Shown piece by piece: positions 1-6,233 of a DNA stretch of 42,011 nt. The position numbers and the translations under genes are program-made. Origin of the DNA: a virus. The notes below the pieces were generated by a model, which made no database searches, was not told where the DNA came from, and worked only from the letters and a program-made list of their open reading frames with translations. How positions within the stretch are numbered: position 1 is the first letter of the stretch; the number at the start of each line of letters is the position of its first letter. The stretch is from IMG/VR virus record IMGVR_UViG_3300029558_000018; one strand, given 5' to 3'.

Positions 1-33
1 GGCCACCTTCCCCCAAAGGGGGAAGGTGGCCCG
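1..33. repeat. Terminal direct overlap: nt 1-33 identical to nt 41979-42011 (circularly closed assembly)
   Basis: ggccaccttcccccaaagggggaaggtggcccg is read at both window ends. Confidence 0.9.
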
Positions 34-53
34 CAGGCCGGATGAGGGGCGGC
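1..53 (-). repeat. Right arm of a 75-nt perfect palindrome spanning the circular junction; copy 1 of the composite GC-rich hairpin element
   Basis: nt 18-53 are the exact reverse complement of 41957-41992 (36-bp stem; aaa loop at 15-17 = 41993-41995). Carries the shared motif CCTTCCCC-N3-GGGGAAGG-TGGCC-cgca-GGCC-GGATGAGGG. Confidence 0.85.
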
Positions 54-85
54 TTTGCCTTTGCTGCTTGTCTCTTGGTTATTTC

Positions 86-292
86 TTACTTCTTGGTTCG
101 CCGTTTCCGGGTGGCTTGGCTTCCCCCTTGGGGGAAGCTGTCAGCGGCTCCGACCGCTGACTGATGAGGGGCAGCCTCGCCGTTCTCCACTGCCCGGGAA
201 TAATACGTCCCGTCTCCGTTCACGGACTCCACAACATACAGCCGCTTGCCGTCCTCAAAAGTGTCCCCGGTTTTCAATCCTTTAGGAACCAT
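86..292 (-). CDS. Small hypothetical protein (68 aa) downstream of the capsid gene
   Basis: ATG at 292 is preceded by GAGG overlapping the capsid stop (TGAGG). The N-terminal ~40 aa look protein-like (MVPKGLKTGDTFEDGKRLYVVESVNGDGTYYSRAVENGE). The C-terminal ~25 aa are read-through of repeat element copy 1b. Confidence 0.35.
   Translation of the reverse strand: MVPKGLKTGDTFEDGKRLYVVESVNGDGTYYSRAVENGEAAPHQSAVGAADSFPQGGSQATRKRRTKK
120..195 (-). repeat. Composite three-hairpin element, copy 1b
   Basis: H1 CTTCCCC(120-126)/GGGGAAG(131-137). H2 GTCAGCGG(140-147)/CCGCTGAC(154-161). Conserved TGATGAGGG at 162-170. H3 GGGCAG(169-174)/CTGCCC(190-195). Same architecture as the other copies, but H2 has an unrelated sequence. 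Confidence 0.75.
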
Positions 293-303
293 GCTGCACC
301 GCC

Positions 304-1305
304 TCAGGTCAGGGTCGTGCCGGCGGCAGCGCCGCCAAGGATCACATGGCGCCAATCGCCAAAGCCGCAGCTGAAACGGGCTCGGCAGGACGTGATCAGA
401 TCCTGCGTCAGGGTGTCCACATTCTGGAAGGTCTCCAGCGCGGTGCGGTCATAGAACACATTGCCCAGCAGGTCCTTGTTGGCTTGACTGGACATCAGGA
501 TATAGGGCTCTGTTCCGTCAGTGGCCTGCCAATGGTGGTCAACCACCAGCTTCCACATGCCCTTGTTGACGTTCACATCGTTGTAGTTGCTGCCCACCTG
601 CTGGTCAGAGTTGATGATCTTCTTACCCAGCGTGATCAAGCGGTAGCAGTTGGAGGGCACAATCAGCGTGTCGAACACATAGCCCATGCCGTTGCCGGAT
701 GCGTTCTTGAAGTTGAAACCGATGTTGGCAAGGCGGTTCAACATGGCATCGTCATCGCCGAAAGCGTTAGTGAACACATTCGACTGTGCGGCAACGCCGG
801 TCTTGCCGGTGTGGTCTTTTGCAAACAGCGCTTTGCCGTCAGCGGTGGTGGAATCCAGCCCGGTTTTCTTGCCGTAGGTAAATGTTGCAGCGGCGCTGGT
901 CAGTGCCTTGCTGCCAAACTCTGCACGGCTGCGCTTGTAGGCACGCACATTAGCGGCAGAGCGGGCAGCAGCCATATCGAACTGGTTGTCCTCGATCATC
1001 GTCTTGGTGATGCGGAACGCCTTCTTGAACTCATTGTGCTCAATCAGCTTCGGCTCACTCTCGCCGAAATCGTCCAGCGGGGAGCTTGCGCCCTCATCCA
1101 CAAGCTCAAAGTTGGAGAAGGTAGACATGCCTGCGATCTTCTCGCCGAAACGCTTGGACTTCTTGACATTGAACAGCGCATTGACAAGCTCGTCATCGTT
1201 GTTTTTCTCGTTGTCGGTGTCCTTCATTTTCATGGTGAGCAGGTCAGCCCACTCATTCCAAAAATCATTGGCAAGGCCGCTTGCCTTGCTAAAAATAACT
1301 GCCAT
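304..1305 (-). CDS. Major capsid protein (putative)
   Basis: 333-aa ORF directly after the scaffold-like gene; strong RBS (AAAGGAGACTGACTATG); size and position typical of an HK97-fold capsid protein. No motif-level proof. Confidence 0.7.
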   Translation of the reverse strand: MAVIFSKASGLANDFWNEWADLLTMKMKDTDNEKNNDDELVNALFNVKKSKRFGEKIAGMSTFSNFELVDEGASSPLDDFGESEPKLIEHNEFKKAFRITKTMIEDNQFDMAAARSAANVRAYKRSRAEFGSKALTSAAATFTYGKKTGLDSTTADGKALFAKDHTGKTGVAAQSNVFTNAFGDDDAMLNRLANIGFNFKNASGNGMGYVFDTLIVPSNCYRLITLGKKIINSDQQVGSNYNDVNVNKGMWKLVVDHHWQATDGTEPYILMSSQANKDLLGNVFYDRTALETFQNVDTLTQDLITSCRARFSCGFGDWRHVILGGAAAGTTLT

Positions 1306-1328
1306 AGTCAGTCTCCTTTACGCAAAAA

Positions 1329-2165
1329 TCAAATTGAGTTGTAGAGCTTCTGCAGCTCCTCATCGCTCTTGTCCGGGAAATACTCATGCGCTTTCGCAAG
1401 CATACCGCTGCTCATGGTCTTTTCCTTGCCCGGCATATTGGCACCACCGTGCGCGGCCAAGTGCCCCTTGCCGCGTGCCGCGTTGATAGCTGCCTGTTTA
1501 CCGGCCTCCGTACCGCTCTGCACGGCCTTGCCATAGTTCAGCGCCTTATAGGCAGTCACCATGTCCAGCCCGTTTTTCTGCACAAGCTCGACCATCTTGT
1601 CAAAATTTTCAAGCTTGGCAAGATCTGCGGTGGTTTTCAGGCTCGGCTCAATTTTTTGCAGCGCGGCAAAGTCAGCATTGAACGCTGCCTGCGCCTCGTC
1701 GTTGACTCTGGCGGCTTTCAGCTCCTCCATCTCGGCTTTCAGCTGTGCCTTCTCCGGGTCGTTGTCGATAAGGCGCTGCAACGCGGCTCTCTGTTCCGCT
1801 GTCTGGTTCGCCGTGGCCTGCTCGATTGCACGCTGACGGTCAAGCTTGTTCTGGGCGTCCAGTGCGGCGAAATAGTCCTGCATCGACTTGACAGGCGCGC
1901 CGGTCTCTGGGTTTTTGTACCCGGCAAATCTCTGTGCAAATTGTCTGTCCACACGCTGCTGCGCCTCTCGCTCGCTGCGCTGGCGGGCAATGGCCCAGAC
2001 ATTGTTGGGGATTTCCGGTTCTGCGGCAGTTTCCGTGTTTTGGTCGGAACTTTCCACTTCACTTTCCACAGTTTCCACATTTTCTGTCGGGTTGTCGTCA
2101 ATCTGGTCGGCTACGCCAGCGGTCACGCCGTTTTCAAACTCGTCCATAGGTTCCTCCGCGTACAA
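1329..2165 (-). CDS. Capsid scaffolding protein (putative)
   Basis: 278 aa with an acidic N-terminus and long A/Q/E/K-rich helical (coiled-coil-like) sequence, immediately upstream of the capsid gene. Confidence 0.65.
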   Translation of the reverse strand: MYAEEPMDEFENGVTAGVADQIDDNPTENVETVESEVESSDQNTETAAEPEIPNNVWAIARQRSEREAQQRVDRQFAQRFAGYKNPETGAPVKSMQDYFAALDAQNKLDRQRAIEQATANQTAEQRAALQRLIDNDPEKAQLKAEMEELKAARVNDEAQAAFNADFAALQKIEPSLKTTADLAKLENFDKMVELVQKNGLDMVTAYKALNYGKAVQSGTEAGKQAAINAARGKGHLAAHGGANMPGKEKTMSSGMLAKAHEYFPDKSDEELQKLYNSI

Positions 2166-2187
2166 CGCCCGCCGGCTAAATTTGCAT

Positions 2188-2219
2188 AAAAAAAGCGCCT
2201 ACCATCTTTGGTAAGCGCT
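2188..2219 (-). terminator. Intrinsic terminator between the terL/Zn-ribbon genes and the scaffold gene
   Basis: Stem AGCGCCTACC(2194-2203)/GGTAAGCGCT(2210-2219). The plus-strand A-run 2188-2194 gives TTTTTTT after the stem on the minus strand. Confidence 0.7.
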
Positions 2220-2240
2220 TCTTTTATCGTAGTTTTCCTG

Positions 2241-2306
2241 CCTTCCCCCTCGGGGGAAGGTGGCCCCGCAGGGCCGGATGAGGGCAAAGCAAATCTTATT
2301 GCCCTC
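2241..2306 (-). repeat. Composite three-hairpin element, copy 2
   Basis: H1 CCTTCCCC/GGGGAAGG (2241-2260). H2 GGCCC-cgca-GGGCC (2262-2275). GGATGAGGG at 2276-2284. H3 GAGGGCAA(2280-2287)/TTGCCCTC(2299-2306). Confidence 0.8.
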
Positions 2307-2466
2307 CGTCATTCACCGGGTAACTCACCCTCTGCACCGCTTTTCCCGGTGCCAGCTCCCCCACAACCTGCCCAAATCGCGGGCATTGCTTGCTTCGGCA
2401 GATAAATTTCAGCACCTCCGTGCTGGAATCCACACGGCACTCCACGCCGCAAGTCGGGCATCTCAT
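2296..2466 (-). CDS. Small zinc-ribbon protein
   Basis: MRCPTCGVEC...CRSKQCPRFG carries two CxxC pairs. Its ATG overlaps the terL stop as ATGA, suggesting translational coupling. An alternative ATG lies at 2481. Confidence 0.45.
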   Translation of the reverse strand: MRCPTCGVECRVDSSTEVLKFICRSKQCPRFGQVVGELAPGKAVQRVSYPVNDGGQ

Positions 2467-3956
2467 GCAGGGTTCCCCCATTTCTCAATCAGCATTTTGC
2501 GGTCTTTCGGGCTGGCGTTTTTGTAATCCTCGTACATGTCCGCCGTCCACGGCCTTTTTCGTATATTCACAGGCTTTTTCGCCGGGCTTGTCCACCAAAC
2601 GCAAAAATAGCGTAATGCGTCCGGGTAATGCGTCAGGCCGTGCGGGTTCTTCGCATACACATCGGGGTTTTTATCATCCTTCTGTATCTTCGTCAGGCAC
2701 GTCCATAACTCGCCCGGCTTGTAGAACGTCAGATACCCTTTCCCGCTCTTTTCGTCCTTGCGCAGCCATTGTTTCATAGCCGCGCATCCTGCCGGGAAGT
2801 CTCTAGAACTCTGCACCAACGGCAATCCCGCCTCGCCGAACAGCTGTGCCCGGCTCTTGCCGCTCTCCTGGCTTCGGTTCCACAGGTCAGGTGGTGCAAG
2901 ATACATGTCTATCTCTTCCTCGGCAGAATCACGCAAAATCAAGTCTGCCGCTTCACTTATCGTCTTGTTCGGCCCGCCGTCCACCCGGTACACCGTTGCA
3001 TGGCCCTGCGTGTCAACCGCGATCCAAAGCGCCGCCAACATATCAAGGCCGTAGTCAATCGTCACATAGCGTCTTAGCGGCCCAGTGGGCGGTGCATCGA
3101 CCAAGTGGGTATCTTTGTCAAGCTCACTAAAAAAGCGCCCTCCGGGGGCGGAGAGCGCTTCTTCTTCAGTTGCAGGGTACTCCTGCATCGTTTTATCCTC
3201 GCCCAGCGCAGCAACAGTCTGTGCGTACCACTTCTCACTGCGGCGCGGGTCTGTGCTCCACGGCAAAAACAGCTTTGCAAAACCGTTGCCGGGGTTTGTG
3301 TAGATTTCCTCAAACAGCGTGCCAAGTTTGATGGTTGACAACCCGATGACACGTCCGCCGAACGGTCTGTTGATAACCGGGTATGCAGCCTGCCAGATTT
3401 CCTCTGCGTACTGCTGGAACGCCCATTCGTCTATCACGATCAAGTCAGCGGTAAACGAACGGCCTGCCGCAGGGCTTGACGGGAACGCCTTAAACACGCT
3501 CTCCGGGCCGTCCGGCCACATCACAACCACCTGCATTGTGCTTTTGTAGAATACCGGCCCCGTCCAGCCTGCAACGCTGCCGCCCGGCGTGTCCACCTCG
3601 CGGATAAGCCCCGGCATGTATCGCAGTATCACAGCCAAGCGGCGTACAAGCTCTTTGGCCTCGTCCTCTGACCGGCTCAAGCCAATCGCAGTACGGCCTG
3701 TATTCAGCGCCACAAGCCGTGCTACCTCTGCCAGCGCCAACCATGTAAAGCCCAACTGGCGCGCTTTCAGCACGCAAACAAGCCGGTTCTCGGCAAATAC
3801 GACCAGCGCTTTTTTTTGCCCATCCCACAGCGTAAACGGCTGTATCAGCTCGTCTGCGTCCTTGTCCTCAATGTGGCAATATGTTTCGCAAAAATATACC
3901 GGGTCTTTCCTGCACGCCTCGCGCTCAAGTTCCCGCATCTCTTCCAGCGTCAACAC
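2463..3956 (-). CDS. terL: Terminase large subunit
   Basis: 497 aa. Walker-A-like VLKARQLGFTW, Walker-B-like ADLIVIDEWAF and a C-terminal nuclease-sized domain. GTG start at 3956 (ATG alternative at 3938). Confidence 0.9.
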   Translation of the reverse strand: MLTLEEMRELEREACRKDPVYFCETYCHIEDKDADELIQPFTLWDGQKKALVVFAENRLVCVLKARQLGFTWLALAEVARLVALNTGRTAIGLSRSEDEAKELVRRLAVILRYMPGLIREVDTPGGSVAGWTGPVFYKSTMQVVVMWPDGPESVFKAFPSSPAAGRSFTADLIVIDEWAFQQYAEEIWQAAYPVINRPFGGRVIGLSTIKLGTLFEEIYTNPGNGFAKLFLPWSTDPRRSEKWYAQTVAALGEDKTMQEYPATEEEALSAPGGRFFSELDKDTHLVDAPPTGPLRRYVTIDYGLDMLAALWIAVDTQGHATVYRVDGGPNKTISEAADLILRDSAEEEIDMYLAPPDLWNRSQESGKSRAQLFGEAGLPLVQSSRDFPAGCAAMKQWLRKDEKSGKGYLTFYKPGELWTCLTKIQKDDKNPDVYAKNPHGLTHYPDALRYFCVWWTSPAKKPVNIRKRPWTADMYEDYKNASPKDRKMLIEKWGNPA

Positions 3957-4175
3957 ATTACCCCGCCTTTAGCAAAAGTCTTGCGTGGAAAACCAGCCAA
4001 TCAAAACGAATTGCAAAGTTCGGTACCGCATACACCATGTTGTCACGCAAAAACGAAAGCGACGGCAACAGAAAGAATGATTTCCCGTAAATCTCAAAAT
4101 CGAACTTGCAATCCATTTCTCTACCTCAAAATTCCCCAAACCCGCCCTACCGGTCTCTGCTATGCCGGTCTCACC

Positions 4176-4207
4176 CGTTGCGGGGAGCAAATCCGCAACG
4201 CTTTTTT
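4176..4207 (+). terminator. Terminator-like hairpin plus T-run on the plus strand inside the spacer
   Basis: CGTTGCGG(4176-4183)/CCGCAACG(4193-4200) followed by cTTTTTT (4201-4207). No plus-strand gene lies upstream. Confidence 0.45.
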
Positions 4208-4481
4208 GATTCCCTGTATTGTCCGCACAGGGCTGGCGGGCGTCATTTGTATACCGCACAGTCCTGCGGTGTTCGGCAGCATTTATACCCGCGCCCCTAT
4301 CCGCGGTTGAAGTTTGTTTTCGCACTTCACTGTGCGGGCATGTGTTTTCAGGCTCTCGAAGTCCCGTTGCGACCTACCATCGCGCCGCGCTCCTGATCGG
4401 CTTGCCGCTTTGCTTACAGCGTTTAGGTTCACTATCGCGTTTCCTGCGCCGGTCTTTCACCGGTGGGTGCGACCCAGCCTT

Positions 4482-4539
4482 TGCCCTCAGCAGGACTTGA
4501 ACCGGCACACCAAGGCTCTTGCCATTGAGCTACAAGGGC
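4482..4539 (-). ncRNA. tRNA-like element lacking the anticodon arm (58 nt)
   Basis: Minus strand reads GCCCTTG-TA-GCTC-AATGGCAA-GAGC-C-TTGGTGT-GCCGG-TTCAAGT-CCTGC-TGAGGGC-A. It has a 7-bp acceptor stem (two G-U pairs), a canonical D arm and a T arm with TTCAAGT loop (one C-U mismatch). About 17 nt, the size of an anticodon stem-loop, are missing. No CCA is encoded. Confidence 0.6.
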
Positions 4540-4757
4540 ATATAAAAGCCCCGCAGGTTGCGCACTGTTAGTAGGCTCGCGGGGGCTGCCTAACGGGGAA
4601 CACAATTACCGGCGTCCGACCCTGCTACCTTGACCCGTATCATCGGCATTGGTACTGCACATAGGTCTTGCACCTTTGCCACGCCGTTGCTTCGGAACGC
4701 AGCGCCCTTGCCGTATTGACTTGTCAGGCCAAGTTTGCGGCTGGCTATGCAGCATAT

Positions 4758-4786
4758 AAAAAAAGCGCCCTGCCGTAGCAGAACGC
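4758..4786 (-). terminator. Intrinsic terminator inside the terS-terL spacer
   Basis: GCGCCCTGC(4765-4773)/GCAGAACGC(4778-4786) with a 4-nt loop. The plus-strand A-run 4758-4764 gives TTTTTTT after the stem on the minus strand. Confidence 0.7.
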
Positions 4787-5232
4787 TTTGTATTGTGGCC
4801 GCTGGGTCTTGAAGCGGACGGCCCTAGTCCCATAGTCAGAGGAGGTTTTCAAACTGACACCCGCGCCGTGAAACTCAAAATTTCAAAATTTTATTTTTTT
4901 CAGGGAACTTTTGCTATTCAGGGTATAGTCCCCTTATAGGGGGGGATATGTACTCTTGTTTCTTGTTTGTAATACAATCCCGCGTTTCCTTTCATTTTGC
5001 ATGGATATTTGTGGCAGGGGAGAGAATTTATTTTTATGTTCGCTAGGGGAATTGACATATTCGTACCGGGCCGCGCTACCTATGAGCCCCGCCCTCCCCT
5101 TCATAGGGGGTACCCCCTCCCCCCGCTGCCGCCTGCCCTTTTTCGGCAGACCGCCTACAAAAAAATACCCCCGTCCTTCTTCATCTGCAGCCCGTCCCCG
5201 GTTTCCGGCTTCCGCCTGCTGCCGGCCGCTAT

Positions 5233-5256
5233 TTCGCTAAATACTTATTTAGCGAA
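5233..5256. repeat. AT-rich perfect palindrome 9 nt downstream of the terS stop
   Basis: TTCGCTAAAT-actt-ATTTAGCGAA (10-bp arms). No flanking T-run, so it is not a typical terminator. Confidence 0.8.
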
Positions 5257-5264
5257 CCACGAAG

Positions 5265-5819
5265 TCACGTATTATCGTTCTTTTGCAGCCGTCTCTGAAT
5301 ATTCTGCATCAATTCTCTATCTGCATCGGTTACCGCTTCGGCTGTAATCTCCATCTGGTCAGCCGGTTTGTCGCCCGCAGAATCCCGCACAAACACCGCC
5401 GCTTTGACGTCTCCGGCCTTCGCTTTCGCCGCCATCGCAATAGCAATGCTGTCGTACACGGTTATTGGTTTCCCCTGCTGTTGTGCTCGCTGTTGCGCCC
5501 TCTCTGCTAGCTCCTGATCTTCTATCCCTGTAATATCGTCTGGCTGCTGCAGCAAGTCGTTGTAGATGTCCTTAATAGTCCGTCTCTTCGCTTGTAGCTC
5601 GTTGCTTGCTGCTGCTCCTGCCTGTTGAATTGCCCGCTTGCGTTCTGCTGGCTGATCTCCTATGGATTTTGGAGACAACGCCGCAATCTGCGACGGTTTA
5701 ACCACTCGGCCTAAACTGTCCACCAGCTCCCCGCGCTCTGCCTGCTGCCTTGCCCGTTCGACACCCTGCTGCGCCTTGCTCATCTGCTGGACGGCCCGCG
5801 CCGCCTTCTTTTCTGCCAT
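5265..5819 (-). CDS. terS: Terminase small subunit (putative)
   Basis: 184 aa and first gene of the late operon. The C-terminal region (DSIAIAMAAKAKAGDVKAAVFVRDSAGDKPADQMEI) resembles small terminases of Firmicutes phages as I recall them. RBS AAGGTAAGGAGGG. Confidence 0.6.
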   Translation of the reverse strand: MAEKKAARAVQQMSKAQQGVERARQQAERGELVDSLGRVVKPSQIAALSPKSIGDQPAERKRAIQQAGAAASNELQAKRRTIKDIYNDLLQQPDDITGIEDQELAERAQQRAQQQGKPITVYDSIAIAMAAKAKAGDVKAAVFVRDSAGDKPADQMEITAEAVTDADRELMQNIQRRLQKNDNT

Positions 5820-5849
5820 GTTGCCGCCCTCCTTACCTTAAAAAGCAAC

Positions 5850-5880
5850 AAAAAAAGCGCCCAGCGGTAAAGCTGGACGC
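5850..5880 (-). terminator. Intrinsic terminator in the leader immediately upstream of the terS RBS
   Basis: GCGCCCAGC(5857-5865)/GCTGGACGC(5872-5880). The plus-strand A-run 5850-5856 gives TTTTTTT after the stem on the minus strand. Confidence 0.7.
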
Positions 5881-5915
5881 CAGAAACCTAAATTTTCGCG
5901 TTGACACGTTAAAAC

Positions 5916-5976
5916 TGTATAATGAGCGAGCCCCGCCGCGGAAGCTCGCTTCCTCGCGTGGTTTTCTCATTATACA
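5916..5976. promoter_or_regulatory. Inverted repeat TGTATAATGAG/CTCATTATACA carrying a -10 hexamer on each strand; candidate late promoter (minus-strand TATAAT = 5969-5974)
   Basis: Arms at 5916-5926 and 5966-5976. Inner hairpin GAGCGAGC(5924-5931)/GCTCGCTT(5944-5951). Neither TATAAT has a -35 hexamer at 16-18 nt. Confidence 0.4.
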
Positions 5977-6002
5977 CATTTTAGCACGCAAGTGCGATTT
6001 TG

Positions 6003-6203
6003 TCAAGTGTCTTTCGGTTTATCGTGTTTTTCAAGTTTTGCGCGTGATTTTGCCGCGCTGGCTATATAGCCGCTCAGGCTCTCCCCCGCTGCATCCGCTG
6101 CCCGCTGGATAGTTTCCGCGTCCTCCTGATTAAGCCGTACAGAAATTGCCTTGAACTTGGCCAAATACCGCGCATTTGCTGCTCTTTTCGCGTCCGTAGA
6201 CAT
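6003..6203 (-). CDS. Ribbon-helix-helix (CopG/Arc-like) DNA-binding protein
   Basis: 66 aa. ISVRLNQEDAETIQRAADAAGESLSGYIASAA fits the RHH beta-strand plus two-helix pattern. RBS AAAAGGAGG. Confidence 0.75.
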   Translation of the reverse strand: MSTDAKRAANARYLAKFKAISVRLNQEDAETIQRAADAAGESLSGYIASAAKSRAKLEKHDKPKDT

Positions 6204-6233
6204 TTTGCGTGCCTCCTTTTATGTAGTATTTCT

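Larger units (their letters stand above)
3957..5264 (-). ncRNA. 1.3-kb ORF-free spacer between terS and terL; candidate structured ncRNA(s) and/or packaging-site region
   Basis: No ORF here has an RBS or a plausible protein sequence. Other gaps in this operon are 0-100 bp. The spacer contains a tRNA-like element, terminators on both strands, an AT-rich block (about 4860-4915) and a G/C-tract cluster (5079-5124). Confidence 0.35.

Noticed and set aside
140-200. Hammerhead ribozyme: copy 1b contains CTGATGAG flanked by helices
   Set aside because: The sequence after the second helix is GGGAAT rather than the required C-GAAA junction. No helix III or cleavage-site arrangement can be drawn because all three helices are closed hairpins. 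The other copies read CGGATGAG and so lack the invariant U4.
55-285. Plus-strand ORFs 55-285, 2208-2405 and 30323-31075, which share peptides such as GEGGP.GPDEGK
   Set aside because: The shared peptides come from translating the repeated hairpin element. The ORFs have no RBS and are antisense to the late operon.
346-2189. Long plus-strand ORFs antisense to the capsid and scaffold genes (346-1344, 1386-2189), and similar ORFs elsewhere (6235-6729-, 6973-7818-, 28781-30166+, 35665-36597+, 39890-41407+)
   Set aside because: These are shadow ORFs typical of GC-rich DNA. They lack RBSs and have Arg/Ala/Gly/Leu-rich junk composition. They fully overlap better-supported genes on the opposite strand.
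5901-5923. Plus-strand promoter TTGACA ... TATAAT at 5901-5923
   Set aside because: The spacer is only 11 nt, which is incompatible with sigma-70 recognition. The TATAAT is better explained as one arm of the inverted repeat at 5916-5976.
6003-6203. RHH antitoxin of a toxin-antitoxin pair
   Set aside because: No small toxin-like ORF is co-transcribed. A terminator (5850-5880) and then terS follow directly.
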